This document shows positions 45,887-55,095 of a stretch of DNA of 55,441 nt, one piece after another (position 1 is the first letter of the stretch; each line of letters starts with the position of its first letter). The stretch comes from Parcubacteria group bacterium Gr01-1014_2 (GTDB lineage Bacteria > Patescibacteriota > Minisyncoccia > 2-02-FULL-40-12): the NCBI GenBank assembly GCA_007376425.1, contig VMGG01000004.1:1-55441 (forward strand). Reading direction: 5' to 3'. The notes beneath the pieces were generated by a model. The model ran no database searches and had not been told where the DNA came from. It worked only from the letters and a program-made list of their open reading frames with translations. The translations under genes and the position numbers were made by a program.

Positions 45887-46198
45887 TTAAGAAATACTTA
45901 AAATCTCAACTTCGGTAAAGAACTGCCTGTGGCCCTTTTTCTTTTTGTAGCGGGTCTTATGCATAAAGCGGAAAACAATTTTTTTCTCTCCCCTGCCCTG
46001 CTTTAAAACCTTTGCCCTGACTTTTATTCCTTCAAGATATGGCTGGCCGATTTTAATTTCCTTGCCGTTGGCAAAAAGTAAAACTTCATTAAATTCAAAT
46101 TCGTCGCCTTCATTTTGGTTTAGTTTTTCTATCTTTAATTTTTGACCCTCGGAAACAATATATTGTTTCCCGCCAGTTTTTATTATAGCGATATTCAT
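45887..46198 (-). CDS. rplU: 50S ribosomal protein L21
   Basis: MNIAIIKTGGKQYIVSEGQKLKIEKL. The start lies 3 nt from the tRNA. Confidence 0.9.
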   Translation of the reverse strand: MNIAIIKTGGKQYIVSEGQKLKIEKLNQNEGDEFEFNEVLLFANGKEIKIGQPYLEGIKVRAKVLKQGRGEKKIVFRFMHKTRYKKKKGHRQFFTEVEILSIS

Positions 46199-46200
46199 AG

Positions 46201-46273
46201 CGACCCCAATGGGATTCGAACCCATATTGCCGGAATGAGAATCCGACGTCCTAAACCATTAGACGATGGGGCC
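46201..46273 (-). tRNA. tRNA-Glu (anticodon CUC)
   Basis: GGCCCCATCGTCTAATGGTTTAGGACGTCGGATTCTCATTCCGGCAATATGGGTTCGAATCCCATTGGGGTCG folds as a cloverleaf by hand. It has a 7-bp acceptor stem, a TTCGAAT T-loop and anticodon loop TTCTCAT. No encoded CCA. Confidence 0.85.
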
Positions 46274-47681
46274 TTCGGCAAGTCCTCGATTGCTTTCTGG
46301 AAGATGATTTTCTCCTTTTACCTAGTAAATAACCCAAGATAAAAACTAAAGCGCCAAAAGGTATAGTTTGTCCTGAAATCCCGTCAAAAATATTGGCTAA
46401 GAAATTATTCCCTGCTCCGGCTTCTTCTCCCTTCACCGAAAACTTGGCAAAAACCGGGTCGCTATAAACGCCATTAGAATCAATGGCATGAACCCACCAG
46501 TTATAAGTATTGCCGGATTTAACCGGAACCTTTATTGAAGTCGAATCAAAATTATTCAAACAAAGGTAATGCGGGTTATTTGGGCAATTATTTCTTGAGT
46601 TTCTTTCGTCGGTTTTAATTCCTGGCTCTAGCCGAGCTGAGCTCGGCTCTAGCCGGACAGCATAAAACTTGGCTCCTTTGACTGAATCCCAAGATAAATT
46701 TATTTCTTCAGTGTCATTTGAGAATTCGTCGCCATTTGGTTTTAAGTTTGTCGGGGCCGCCAATTTTAATATTTTGATTGCAGGTGAAACTGAACCATCC
46801 GAAATAACCTGAACCGAACAAGTAGCTGAAGCAGTCTTCCCGACTGCATCAGTAATAGTCAGTTGAGCAGTTTTAGTTCCGGCTGTTCCAAAAGACAGCC
46901 GGACTGTTTGGGTATTTCCTGAAACATCGCCGCTCCATCTATAAGTTATCGGCTCGGTTCCGTAGCTTTGAGCGCCGGCAAAAATAATAGTCTGACCAAC
47001 TGAAGCTTTAGCCGGATTAGTAACACAAGCGGTATTAAACTGGCTGTTTGGCCGAATAAACGGAGTAATCGGAGTAGAACCAGACGGGTTTACAAATATG
47101 ACTTGGGTATCAGAAGCGTATTCACCTGAACTATTATTACAACGCAAAGTATAGCTAACCGTTGTTGAAGGAAAAACGGTTTCGCTTCCAAACGGCGGTC
47201 TAAGTCCAGACCAATAGCCCGATGCTTCACAGGACACAGCATTAGTTGAACTCCAGATTAAAGTAGTTGACTCCCCCCGGAAAATTGATTCTGGATTAGC
47301 AGTTACATTAACGCTTACAAGAGAACTCGATGTTTCACCCACCTGGACCCTCACTTGAGCAACGTTTGAATAACCAGAGACATTACTGCAAGTGATAAAA
47401 TAAGTGGCGGTTTCAGAAGGAGTTATTGTTTCATTCCCTGAAATAGCTCTGATTCCATACCAAGGGCTTTGAGCATTGCTATGAGCAACACAGCCATCGG
47501 TATTGGTTGAATTCCAGTTTAAATTAATTTTTTCGCCTTTGTTTACACTGGTAAGGTTGGAACTAATACTTACTGAAACCGGTCCGGTAGCCGCAAAACT
47601 GTTACTTGGAATAAAGTTAAAAAGGCCGTAGATTAAAAAGGCCAGAATAATTATAAATATCTTATTTTTTGAGGTTTTCAT
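46251..47681 (-). CDS. secreted/surface protein with tandem Ig-like repeats and a C-terminal TM plus basic tail
   Basis: Signal/TM, then repeated (N/S)..L.W.STN...C.A...(Y)...C.N modules. The last 8 codons overlap the tRNA 5' half. Confidence 0.5.
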   Translation of the reverse strand: MKTSKNKIFIIILAFLIYGLFNFIPSNSFAATGPVSVSISSNLTSVNKGEKINLNWNSTNTDGCVAHSNAQSPWYGIRAISGNETITPSETATYFITCSNVSGYSNVAQVRVQVGETSSSLVSVNVTANPESIFRGESTTLIWSSTNAVSCEASGYWSGLRPPFGSETVFPSTTVSYTLRCNNSSGEYASDTQVIFVNPSGSTPITPFIRPNSQFNTACVTNPAKASVGQTIIFAGAQSYGTEPITYRWSGDVSGNTQTVRLSFGTAGTKTAQLTITDAVGKTASATCSVQVISDGSVSPAIKILKLAAPTNLKPNGDEFSNDTEEINLSWDSVKGAKFYAVRLEPSSARLEPGIKTDERNSRNNCPNNPHYLCLNNFDSTSIKVPVKSGNTYNWWVHAIDSNGVYSDPVFAKFSVKGEEAGAGNNFLANIFDGISGQTIPFGALVFILGYLLGKRRKSSSRKQSRTCRRPHRLMV

Positions 47682-47807
47682 AGGGGTTTTTAAGCTTTTT
47701 TAGTATATCACTGGAAAAAGACTTTGTCAAATTCTAGTCGACCCCCTAAATAATTTTTTAGTTAATTTAATTGTCTGCTATTATCGTTGTATGCTATTAT
47801 TATTTTT

Positions 47808-48266
47808 ATGAAAAACTCACTAACTTTAATTATTGTAGTTATTTTATTGGTTGTTTCTGGAATATTTTTGTTCGGTCGTCAAAGCAACGGGCCAGAAGTA
47901 TTGCCATCACCTACTCCTACTCCAAACACAAACTCAACAGTCTCGCCCCAAATAACTCCAACTCCGACAGCAATTCAAACTCCTCAAAGTTCAGTCAAAG
48001 AATTTAGAATAACTGGTTCGCCCTTTAAATTCGACGTAAAAGAAATAAAAGTTAAAAAAGGCGACCGAGTAAGAATTGTTTTCAGAAATGCGGAGGGAAT
48101 GCATGACTGGGTAATTGATGAATTTAATGCCAGAACTAAACAGCTTCAGGCTGAACAACAAGAGACGATTGAATTTATTGCTGATAAAAAGGGCCAGTTC
48201 CAGTATTACTGTTCGGTCGGGACTCACAGGCAAATGGGCATGTGGGGCGCTCTAATAGTTGAATAA
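47808..48266 (+). CDS. membrane-anchored type-1 (blue) copper cupredoxin
   Basis: Contains GMHDWVIDEF and YYCSVGTHRQMGMWG (His, Cys, His and Met ligands). Confidence 0.7.
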   Translation: MKNSLTLIIVVILLVVSGIFLFGRQSNGPEVLPSPTPTPNTNSTVSPQITPTPTAIQTPQSSVKEFRITGSPFKFDVKEIKVKKGDRVRIVFRNAEGMHDWVIDEFNARTKQLQAEQQETIEFIADKKGQFQYYCSVGTHRQMGMWGALIVE

Positions 48267-48291
48267 ACTAAAAATATTAAGCGCGCCTAAT

Positions 48292-49407
48292 TTATTTTTC
48301 TTGAGACAACTCGTTGTATAAATTCTCAAATTTATATTGGAGAAAATACCATCGGTAAAGGGCCCAGCCGATTGGCATTGGAAGCCAAAATGTAAATGCT
48401 CTTAGAAGCAAGGTCATCGCTAAGGCTGGCCCGGCGGCTAAACCAAAAGATATTAAAATCAAAGTCATACTGCCTTCAAATACGCCCAAAGATCCGGGAA
48501 CGAAAGTAGCCATACTTATAAATCTCACTAATGAAAAAACAATGAAGGCCAGCCGAAATCCGATAGGATGGCCGATGGCAAAAGAAATAAAGTAAAGAGT
48601 AGTGATATGGGCGAAAATAATCATGCACTGCCATAAAAAAGCCATCCAGAAGCTTTTCGCTTTTTTTTGCAGCATCTTGAAATTTAAAGAACTCCTGAAT
48701 TGATCGAAGATCACTTCGGCATGTTTGCTGTGATCGATAGCATCTTCATCTTTAAGCTTCCTTTTTTTCTCAAAATGTCGATGGAGCCAATTAGTTATCC
48801 ATCTGGCTAAACCGCTTCTTTTGCGCCTCTGGATCAAAAAGAAAACAGAAACAACGATAACAGCTGAAAAAGAAAAAAAATAAATTACATACCTTAGTTG
48901 AGGAACATTAGCGATGGCTCCGCCTTTTAAAATAATTGCCGAAGAAGCGATAAAAAACGAACCCGTAGCCATCCACAGAGTCATTATTTCAAGAAAAGCC
49001 CGGCCCATCCCTTCAGCTACGCTAAGCCCGTATTTTTTTAAATACTGAATAAAAAAGACTTGGCCGGAGAGGCCGGCTGAAGGCAGGGCTTGGTTCAAAA
49101 ATTGAACCACAAAAGACATCGGGTAAAGTTCTCCAGGCTTCACTTCTAAATCTTTAATCCTTAATACATCACGATAATTTAAAGCCTGGAAATAATAGAC
49201 AAAAAGCTGGATTAAGATTATGGCTGCTAACCACCCAAGGTTAGATCCGGCAAAAATTTCTCCAATTAGCTTAAGCTCGGAAAATCTAAAGTAAATGATC
49301 ACCAAAACAGCCAGAGTAATTAAATAGAATAAAAACTGCCCGAGATTTATACGAGGTGCTGAACCGGCCCAATTATTGCTATTTTCGTTTTTTTTTGATG
49401 TAGCCAC
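48292..49407 (-). CDS. flippase-like / LPG-synthase-TM (UPF0104) family membrane protein
   Basis: About 8 TM, with a basic loop RRKRSGLARWITNWLHRH. Confidence 0.6.
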   Translation of the reverse strand: MATSKKNENSNNWAGSAPRINLGQFLFYLITLAVLVIIYFRFSELKLIGEIFAGSNLGWLAAIILIQLFVYYFQALNYRDVLRIKDLEVKPGELYPMSFVVQFLNQALPSAGLSGQVFFIQYLKKYGLSVAEGMGRAFLEIMTLWMATGSFFIASSAIILKGGAIANVPQLRYVIYFFSFSAVIVVSVFFLIQRRKRSGLARWITNWLHRHFEKKRKLKDEDAIDHSKHAEVIFDQFRSSLNFKMLQKKAKSFWMAFLWQCMIIFAHITTLYFISFAIGHPIGFRLAFIVFSLVRFISMATFVPGSLGVFEGSMTLILISFGLAAGPALAMTLLLRAFTFWLPMPIGWALYRWYFLQYKFENLYNELSQEK

Positions 49408-49525
49408 TGTAGCTACAAATAGTTTAGGAGTTTTTTAAGACTTTATCCAGTTTGGCGTCCCATTGTATTGCTTTAATAACATTTTGTATATAGAATTAAT
49501 TAAAACAGTACCTTGGAGGTAGGAT

Positions 49526-49885
49526 ATGGCGATAAAATGGACTGACCGCGAAGAAGAAGAGCTTCAGGAGATTATAGAAGCGCTTATGGGAAACTGTGAA
49601 GAATTTCTGGAAGGCACCGATTCAGAAAGCTGATTTCTTACTTACTGGACCGACCAGAGTGGAAAAACCACCTATATCAGATGTTCTGATGGAGATTGTG
49701 CTTCAATTTCCTCGGCCGAATTCTGGGAAATTAAAAAACAAATCGGCAAAGAGTGCCTTCTTTGCGCCGGTCCTCTGATGCCCATTTTTGACTCTGAGTC
49801 CAAGCCGGTTCTTTACCTGGTTTGCGACCGATGCGAATCAGTTCACATAGTCGCTTCCGGCGAACTTTGCCTATTCGCCAATTAG
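49526..49885 (+). CDS. Cys-rich (Zn-ribbon-like) ORF interrupted by a single in-frame TGA at 49631-49633
   Basis: SD GGAGGT lies 5 nt upstream of the ATG. A 35-codon ORF, then TGA, then 83 more in-frame codons with no start codon near their beginning (CSDGDC, CLLC, CDRC). A terminator follows. Confidence 0.4.
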
Positions 49886-49908
49886 CCTGGGACTATGTTG
49901 CCCAGGCT
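49884..49908 (+). terminator. hairpin terminator
   Basis: agcctggg-actatgtt-g-cccaggct. Confidence 0.55.
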
Positions 49909-50020
49909 ATTCGTTTATTATGAACTTTTATTCTCTTCCGCTCGGGCAGTAATTTCAAGATGACAGCTTTTGTGCTCCCTGCACCAAGCCTCGCATTTTT
50001 CGGCCCACTCTTTGTCTTCA

Positions 50021-50941
50021 ATGAAGTATAATTACTCTCTTAAAAAATTGGTGACATTGAAAATTGGCGGTCTGGCTAAGTACTTTATTAATGTACAAAG
50101 TGAAAGAACGCTAATTGAGGCGATAGAATGGGCAAGAAAATCAAAAGTGAGTTTTTGCGTGATCGGTGAAGGCTCAAATTTAATTCCAAATGATGAGGGC
50201 TTTAATGGTCTAATAATTAAAAACGAAATAAAAAATCTAAAAGTAGATGGTACTAAAGTTCTTATTGGAAGTGGGAATAACCTTTTAAAAATTATCCATA
50301 GATTAAATAAACTTGGGTTGGCTGGAATGGAGAAAATGGCTGGCATTCCAGGTACAGTCGGCGGAGCAATCTTTGGCTCGGCTGGTGCGTACGGTTCGGA
50401 TATAAAGGATTATCTTGTTAGAGTAAAGCTATTTGATGGGATTAAAATTAGATGGTTTTCAAAAAAACAATGCCATTTTAAATATCGCGAGAGTATCTTT
50501 AAGAGAAATAAAAAATATATTATTTTGGGGGCAGAATTCAAACTGAAAAATGAAAACCCGGAAAAACTTTATAAAATATCTGAAGAGATAATAAAATTAC
50601 GCAAACAAAAATATCGGCAAGGTCTCTTGTGTCCAGGGAGTTTTTTCAAAAACATTGTAGTAGGAGAAATAAGCCCAGCGGCATTGAAAAAGAAATTTTT
50701 ATCAAAAATACCAAAAGAAAAAGTAATTTATGGGAAAATTCCATCTGGTTTTCTTCTTGAAACGATTGGAGCTAAAGGAATGAAGTATGGAAAAATTGGG
50801 GTAGCTAAACACCATGGTAATCTTATTTATAATTCTGGCTCCGGCAAATCAAATGAAGTTGTAAAACTAGCAGAAATTCTAAAAAATAAAGTAAAGAAAA
50901 GGTTCGGTATAAATTTAGAAGAAGAAGTTCAATATTTATGA
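50021..50941 (+). CDS. murB: UDP-N-acetylenolpyruvoylglucosamine reductase
   Basis: ATG at 50021. Contains LKIGGLAKYF, IGEGSNL and GIPGTVGGAI. Confidence 0.85.
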   Translation: MKYNYSLKKLVTLKIGGLAKYFINVQSERTLIEAIEWARKSKVSFCVIGEGSNLIPNDEGFNGLIIKNEIKNLKVDGTKVLIGSGNNLLKIIHRLNKLGLAGMEKMAGIPGTVGGAIFGSAGAYGSDIKDYLVRVKLFDGIKIRWFSKKQCHFKYRESIFKRNKKYIILGAEFKLKNENPEKLYKISEEIIKLRKQKYRQGLLCPGSFFKNIVVGEISPAALKKKFLSKIPKEKVIYGKIPSGFLLETIGAKGMKYGKIGVAKHHGNLIYNSGSGKSNEVVKLAEILKNKVKKRFGINLEEEVQYL

Positions 50942-50951
50942 GCATTCTAAT

Positions 50952-52277
50952 ATGAGCAAATTTATTGTTTGGGGTGGAAAACCATTAAAAGGAACATATG
51001 TGGTTTCTGGTGCCAAAAATGCGGGGCCAAAACTTCCCATTGCAGCTTTGTTGAGTAATGAGAAATGTATATTCCACAATATCCCAAGAATCTCTGATAC
51101 TTATAGAACAGTTGATGCCCTAACTTCGTTGGGTTGTTCGGTTCGCTTTGTAGACAAAAACTCTGTTGAAGTTGAATGTGCTGATATATATTCCTCTGAA
51201 ATTCCCCTCGAGGCAATGTCTGCTCGGCAGGCCGTTCTCTTTATTGGCGCAACATTGGCACGAACAGGAAAAGTTATTGTTTATCCTCCAAAAGGAGATG
51301 CGATTGGTAAGCGACCACTCAATAGACATCTCGAAGGCATTAAGGCATTGGGAGGCCACATAAGTAGAAAAAATAATCGAATGGAAATATCCATGCCAAC
51401 AAGACCGCAATCAGTAACTTATACTTTTGAAAAAAATACTCACTGTGGAACAGAAAATTTAATCTTAGCTTCGGTGTTTAATATCGGAAAAGTAATTTTA
51501 AAAAATGCTGCGGAAGAACCAGAAGTTGATAATTTAATAAAATGTTTGAATGACATGGGCGCAAAAATTAAAAGAATCGAATCAAGAGTTATTGAAATCC
51601 GCGGAGTAGAGCCGCTACTAAAAGGCGTAGAATCTTTCTCTATATTTGATAGGCTTGAAGCGGCAACAGCTATCATTCTGTCTGTTATGACAGGTGGAAA
51701 TATAGCCATTAAAAATGCTCACAAGGAATTGCTGGAGCCGCTAGTTAAAACTTTAAAAGAAATCGGCGTTGAAGTTAGTTTCAAAAAAAATATTGCCAAG
51801 ATCGTTAAAATAAAAAAACCGCTGAAATCAACGGAGATTATAACTGACTGGCATCCAGGTTTTATGACTGATTGGCAACCTCTCATAACTTTGATGCTTG
51901 CATATATGGCGAGCGGAAAATCTATGATTCACGAACGGATTTTCGAAACGCGATGGAGATATTTAGAAGAGCTACAAAAAATGGGGTTACGATACGATCT
52001 TTTTCACCCGGATGCATATGGACCAGAATACTATAATTTTAATGACTCCGAATATGACGCCAGAGAAACTTATGCAGTAAATGTATATGGCCCAACAGAT
52101 TTACAACCAGCAGAATTAAATTCACACGATGTTAGAGCTGGGATAGATATGTTACTTGCTAGTATCATTGCGAATGGAAAAAGCATTATCAGTGATCCAC
52201 AAAATCATATTGATCGAGGTTACGAAAACATAGTTGAAAAACTCAATGAGCTTGGTGCAGATATAAAAAGAGTGTAA
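50952..52277 (+). CDS. murA: UDP-N-acetylglucosamine 1-carboxyvinyltransferase (Asp at the fosfomycin-target Cys position)
   Basis: Contains VSGAKNAGPK and PKGDAIGKRPLNRHL (compare E. coli PGGCxIGARPVDLH). Confidence 0.9.
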   Translation: MSKFIVWGGKPLKGTYVVSGAKNAGPKLPIAALLSNEKCIFHNIPRISDTYRTVDALTSLGCSVRFVDKNSVEVECADIYSSEIPLEAMSARQAVLFIGATLARTGKVIVYPPKGDAIGKRPLNRHLEGIKALGGHISRKNNRMEISMPTRPQSVTYTFEKNTHCGTENLILASVFNIGKVILKNAAEEPEVDNLIKCLNDMGAKIKRIESRVIEIRGVEPLLKGVESFSIFDRLEAATAIILSVMTGGNIAIKNAHKELLEPLVKTLKEIGVEVSFKKNIAKIVKIKKPLKSTEIITDWHPGFMTDWQPLITLMLAYMASGKSMIHERIFETRWRYLEELQKMGLRYDLFHPDAYGPEYYNFNDSEYDARETYAVNVYGPTDLQPAELNSHDVRAGIDMLLASIIANGKSIISDPQNHIDRGYENIVEKLNELGADIKRV

Positions 52278-52291
52278 TTTAATCAATGCAA

Positions 52292-52338
52292 GCGGGCAAA
52301 AAATTTCCTCCCCTTGAACCCCTCCATTTTTTGCCCGC
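52292..52338. other. perfect 13-bp-stem hairpin downstream of murA
   Basis: gcgggcaaaaaat, 21-nt loop, attttttgcccgc. Confidence 0.6.
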
Positions 52339-52456
52339 GAGCGAATCCCGCCGCCCGTCCGCCTCTGGCGGAGAGCCAAGCAGAAAATTGCCTTTCATTT
52401 TCTGATTTTGCGCGCGCCCGATTTTTTAGAAGGTAAGGCAATTTTTATGTGAGGCA

Positions 52457-52509
52457 CAGCCGCCGCTTCCCGCCTGCGCCGAGGCTTCGGCGGGCAGGTG
52501 CGGCGGCTG
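52457..52509. other. GC-rich nested hairpin
   Basis: cagccgccgc ... gccgaggcttcggc ... gcggcggctg. Confidence 0.6.
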
Positions 52510-52584
52510 GCGGCGGGTCAGCGCAGGTTTCGCTTTTTGGATTTGTGTATCAGATTTGGTAAAATGATTTCAAAAGTTTGTGGG

Positions 52585-52744
52585 TGTTCTAAATACGCAG
52601 CAGAATTGAACGCAACGAACTCTGAATTTGGAGATGAACGGGTTTGCTCAACCAGCCCCGCCTTTGGCGGGACTGGTCTCGCTTTGGCGGCGGCTTCGCC
52701 GCCGGTATTCGCCAAATTGAAGCGGATTTTAATACTTTCGGGGG
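52585..52744 (+). repeat. inverted repeat R, copy a (pairs with 54031-54190)
   Basis: ...acgaactctgaatttggagatgaacgggtttgctcaaccagccccgcctttggcgggactggtctcgctttggcggcggcttcgccgccggtattcgccaaattgaagcggattttaatactttcggggg. Confidence 0.8.
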
Positions 52745-52778
52745 AATTCAATTTTTTCTTTTTTCAAAAACTGTTAAT

Positions 52779-54239
52779 ATGAATAATATGAATGTGAAAA
52801 ATTGTGCAATTTATACTCGGGTCTCCACCGATAACCAAGCGGAAAAAGAATTTTCATCTTGCGAAGCGCAAGAACAGAAAATCCGCTCGTATATTTCGAG
52901 TCAGGATAACTGGCAAGTTTTCAAAACATATAATGATGGCGGATTTTCTGGAGCAACCCTGGAGCGTCCCGCACTCCAACAGTTACTTTCAGATTTAAAA
53001 AAAGAAAAAATTGATGTGGTTTTGGTCTACAAAATTGATCGGCTCACCCGTTCGCCGAAAGATTTTTACCAACTGATTGAATCTTTTGAGCAAGCAAAAA
53101 TTGATTTTATTTCCATTACTGAAAGATTTGACACCTCAACTCCAGCCGGAAGATTATTGAGAAATATCATGCTAACTTTTTCTCAATTTGAGCGAGAGCT
53201 AACAAGCGAGAGAACGAAAGATAAAATGTTAGAGCGAGCCAGAAAGGGTTTAGCTAATGGTGGATATACTCCTTATGGCTACTCGCGACAAGAGAAAAAG
53301 TTAGTAATAAGTCCGAAAGAAGCCGAAGAAATAAAATCAATTTTTGAAACTTATGTTGAAACTGGTTCATTGGCCGAGACCTATCGAATTTTGAAAAGCA
53401 AAAATGTAAAAAGTAAGTTTGGCAAAAATTTCTCAAAAACAATTATCGCCTATCTTTTACGAAATCCTGTTTATATTGGAAAGATAAAGCACAATAACCA
53501 GATTTACGATGGAATCCATGAGCCGATAATTTCGGAAGAAATTTTTGCCATTGCTCAAAAAATTCATAAGGAAAAGCAGAAAAATTTTAGAGTGTACAAA
53601 AATTTCCTGTTCGGCGGACTGATAAAGTGCGAGGAGTGCGGCTCAAATATGACTTCTTTCTTCAGCAACAAGCATAGAAATGGAGAATTCAAACGCAGAT
53701 ATTACTATTACCGATGTACTTCTACAACCAAATTTGACTGGCAATCTTGTTCTGTAAAACAAGTATCCGCCGAACGATTGGAAAATTTTTGTCTGGAAAA
53801 TTTAGAGCGAATTTCAGTTGATAAAAGCTATATTGAAAATCTTGTTTTTCGCCTAAATCATAGCTCTGACGCTGGATACCGAGTTGGACACGAACTAACT
53901 GATTCATGTTCTAAATTTTCCACCGAAACCATTTCGGATACTCTAAAATTTTTCCTCAATAAACTCAAAACCACCAAAGGAATTGAAAGAAATCTTTTTG
54001 CTAAAAAGTTTCTTTCAAACATTTTCTACTCCCCCGAAAGTATTAAAATCCGCTTCAATTTGGCGAATACCGGCGGCGAAGCCGCCACCAAAGCGAAACC
54101 AGCCCCGCCATTGGCGGGGCTGGTTGAGCGAACCCTCTCATCTCCAAAATCCGAGTTCGTATCGTCAAACATTGCTGTGTATCTTGAAGATAGTCCGAAC
54201 CCATTTCGCCGCCTTCGGCGGCGGTGGCCAAAACTCTGA
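52779..54239 (+). CDS. large serine recombinase
   Basis: Contains CAIYTRVSTDNQ, YKIDRLTRS, a recombinase domain, a Zn ribbon (CEECGS...YYYYRC) and a coiled coil. The last ~70 codons lie in repeat R copy b. Confidence 0.9.
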   Translation: MNNMNVKNCAIYTRVSTDNQAEKEFSSCEAQEQKIRSYISSQDNWQVFKTYNDGGFSGATLERPALQQLLSDLKKEKIDVVLVYKIDRLTRSPKDFYQLIESFEQAKIDFISITERFDTSTPAGRLLRNIMLTFSQFERELTSERTKDKMLERARKGLANGGYTPYGYSRQEKKLVISPKEAEEIKSIFETYVETGSLAETYRILKSKNVKSKFGKNFSKTIIAYLLRNPVYIGKIKHNNQIYDGIHEPIISEEIFAIAQKIHKEKQKNFRVYKNFLFGGLIKCEECGSNMTSFFSNKHRNGEFKRRYYYYRCTSTTKFDWQSCSVKQVSAERLENFCLENLERISVDKSYIENLVFRLNHSSDAGYRVGHELTDSCSKFSTETISDTLKFFLNKLKTTKGIERNLFAKKFLSNIFYSPESIKIRFNLANTGGEAATKAKPAPPLAGLVERTLSSPKSEFVSSNIAVYLEDSPNPFRRLRRRWPKL

Positions 54240-54272
54240 AAAATTGATTGGAAAATCTGAATCGCAATTCTG
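54031..54272 (-). repeat. inverted repeat R, copy b (left 160 bp pairs with copy a; right ~99 bp pairs with copy c)
   Basis: cccccgaaagtattaaaatccgcttcaatttggcgaataccggcggcgaagccgcc...gtgtatcttgaagatagtccgaacccatttcgccgcc...gaatcgcaattctg. Confidence 0.8.
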
Positions 54273-54358
54273 GTCATCAGCACTTTGTCCTACACAACGG
54301 ACAGGCAGCTTAACGCCCTTTTACGTGAGTTACCTAATGAGACTCACGGGCGAAGTGG

Positions 54359-54580
54359 TTAGGACGCTCTTTCGATCTTGCCGATACATTCGCCGCGCCC
54401 CGCTTTTATTACTTCTTCCACCTGCCGGCGGGCATCATCTTCTGAACGTGCCCGGACTTTCATCACGTACTCGTATTTTGAGTCGGGCTCAGGTACGAAG
54501 GCGTAATCATCTATTTCCGGACAATACACCTCCGAATAGTCGCAACCAACGACCGTCACCACAAAAAGTTGCTTCTTCAT
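54359..54580 (-). CDS. hypothetical 73-aa protein (GC-rich cassette, distal gene)
   Basis: MKKQLFVVTVVGCDYSEVYCPEIDDY... SD AAGGAG lies 8 nt upstream. Confidence 0.5.
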   Translation of the reverse strand: MKKQLFVVTVVGCDYSEVYCPEIDDYAFVPEPDSKYEYVMKVRARSEDDARRQVEEVIKAGRGECIGKIERAS

Positions 54581-54624
54581 CGCGATTTCTCCTTTTGGAA
54601 AGTGGCTCGCTAGGGCCGTGTTGG

Positions 54625-55032
54625 TTAACGGATGGAACGGATGGACTGATGCGCTGTCGCTTCGCTTCCGTCTTGAGCGAAGCTGAACTCGAGAATGTGG
54701 TACGGCTCTTTCACGCCGGTACGATACGCACTGACTTCGAGAGTCAACGCGCGGTGCCAGCGGAGAGTCAAACACACTTCAACTCGATGAGCTTCAGCGA
54801 AAGCTCTCTGTGTATCACCACTCTCAGAGTGGCAACCACAGACGAACTTATCAAGCCCGTCGTGAGGATACAATCTCAAGTTCTGGACCACGACACGACC
54901 TTGGGGATCGGTACCGAAAGCCACGAACTTGGCGAAAAAATTCAGAGCGGCGCGATATGCAATCGACCACTCCGTGTTCTTCTTGAGTGCGTCCTTCACT
55001 GTCTTGTCAACGAACAATGAAACTTTCTTCAT
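54625..55032 (-). CDS. hypothetical 135-aa protein (GC-rich cassette, proximal gene)
   Basis: MKKVSLFVDKTVKDALKKNTEW... The SD and leader are near-identical to those of the downstream gene. Confidence 0.5.
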   Translation of the reverse strand: MKKVSLFVDKTVKDALKKNTEWSIAYRAALNFFAKFVAFGTDPQGRVVVQNLRLYPHDGLDKFVCGCHSESGDTQRAFAEAHRVEVCLTLRWHRALTLEVSAYRTGVKEPYHILEFSFAQDGSEATAHQSIRSIR

Positions 55033-55095
55033 CGCGATTCTCCTTTTGGAATAGGCTCGCTAGGGCCTATAATGCCGGAATGGCACTATGTTTAT

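Noticed and set aside
49631-49633. Genome-wide UGA reassignment (genetic code 4 or 25) as the explanation for the in-frame TGA.
   Set aside because: TGA ends several conserved genes at the expected length: rpmJ 18353-18355, rplQ 21078-21080, the GT4 gene 25960-25962, murB 50939-50941 and the ORF ending at 17941. The host therefore reads TGA as stop.
52498-52782. ORFs 52498-52782 (+) and 52518-52751 (-), and the upstream extension of the recombinase ORF to 52644.
   Set aside because: All are encoded by repeat R copy a. The recombinase most likely starts at 52779 (MNNMNVKNCAIYTRVSTDNQ). The minus-strand frame is discussed only as a potential alternative tail after inversion, not as a gene.
53983-55020. 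345-aa plus-strand ORF spanning the recombinase 3' end and the GC-rich cassette, along with the other long ORFs at 54026-54283 and 54055-54267.
   Set aside because: It runs through repeat R and antisense to two minus-strand genes that have a consensus promoter, SD sites and sensible starts. GC-rich DNA lacks stops by chance. The product is low-complexity and Arg/Ser/Pro-rich.
45-55032. The many 60-160-aa antisense ORFs in the track, for example 45-341, 2281-2520, 6875-7123, 7345-7656, 18871-19143, 26144-26584, 31628-31933, 33550-33831, 50032-50346 and 51120-51709.
   Set aside because: Each lies opposite a well-supported conserved gene. They have no start context and give low-complexity or hydrophobic nonsense translations.
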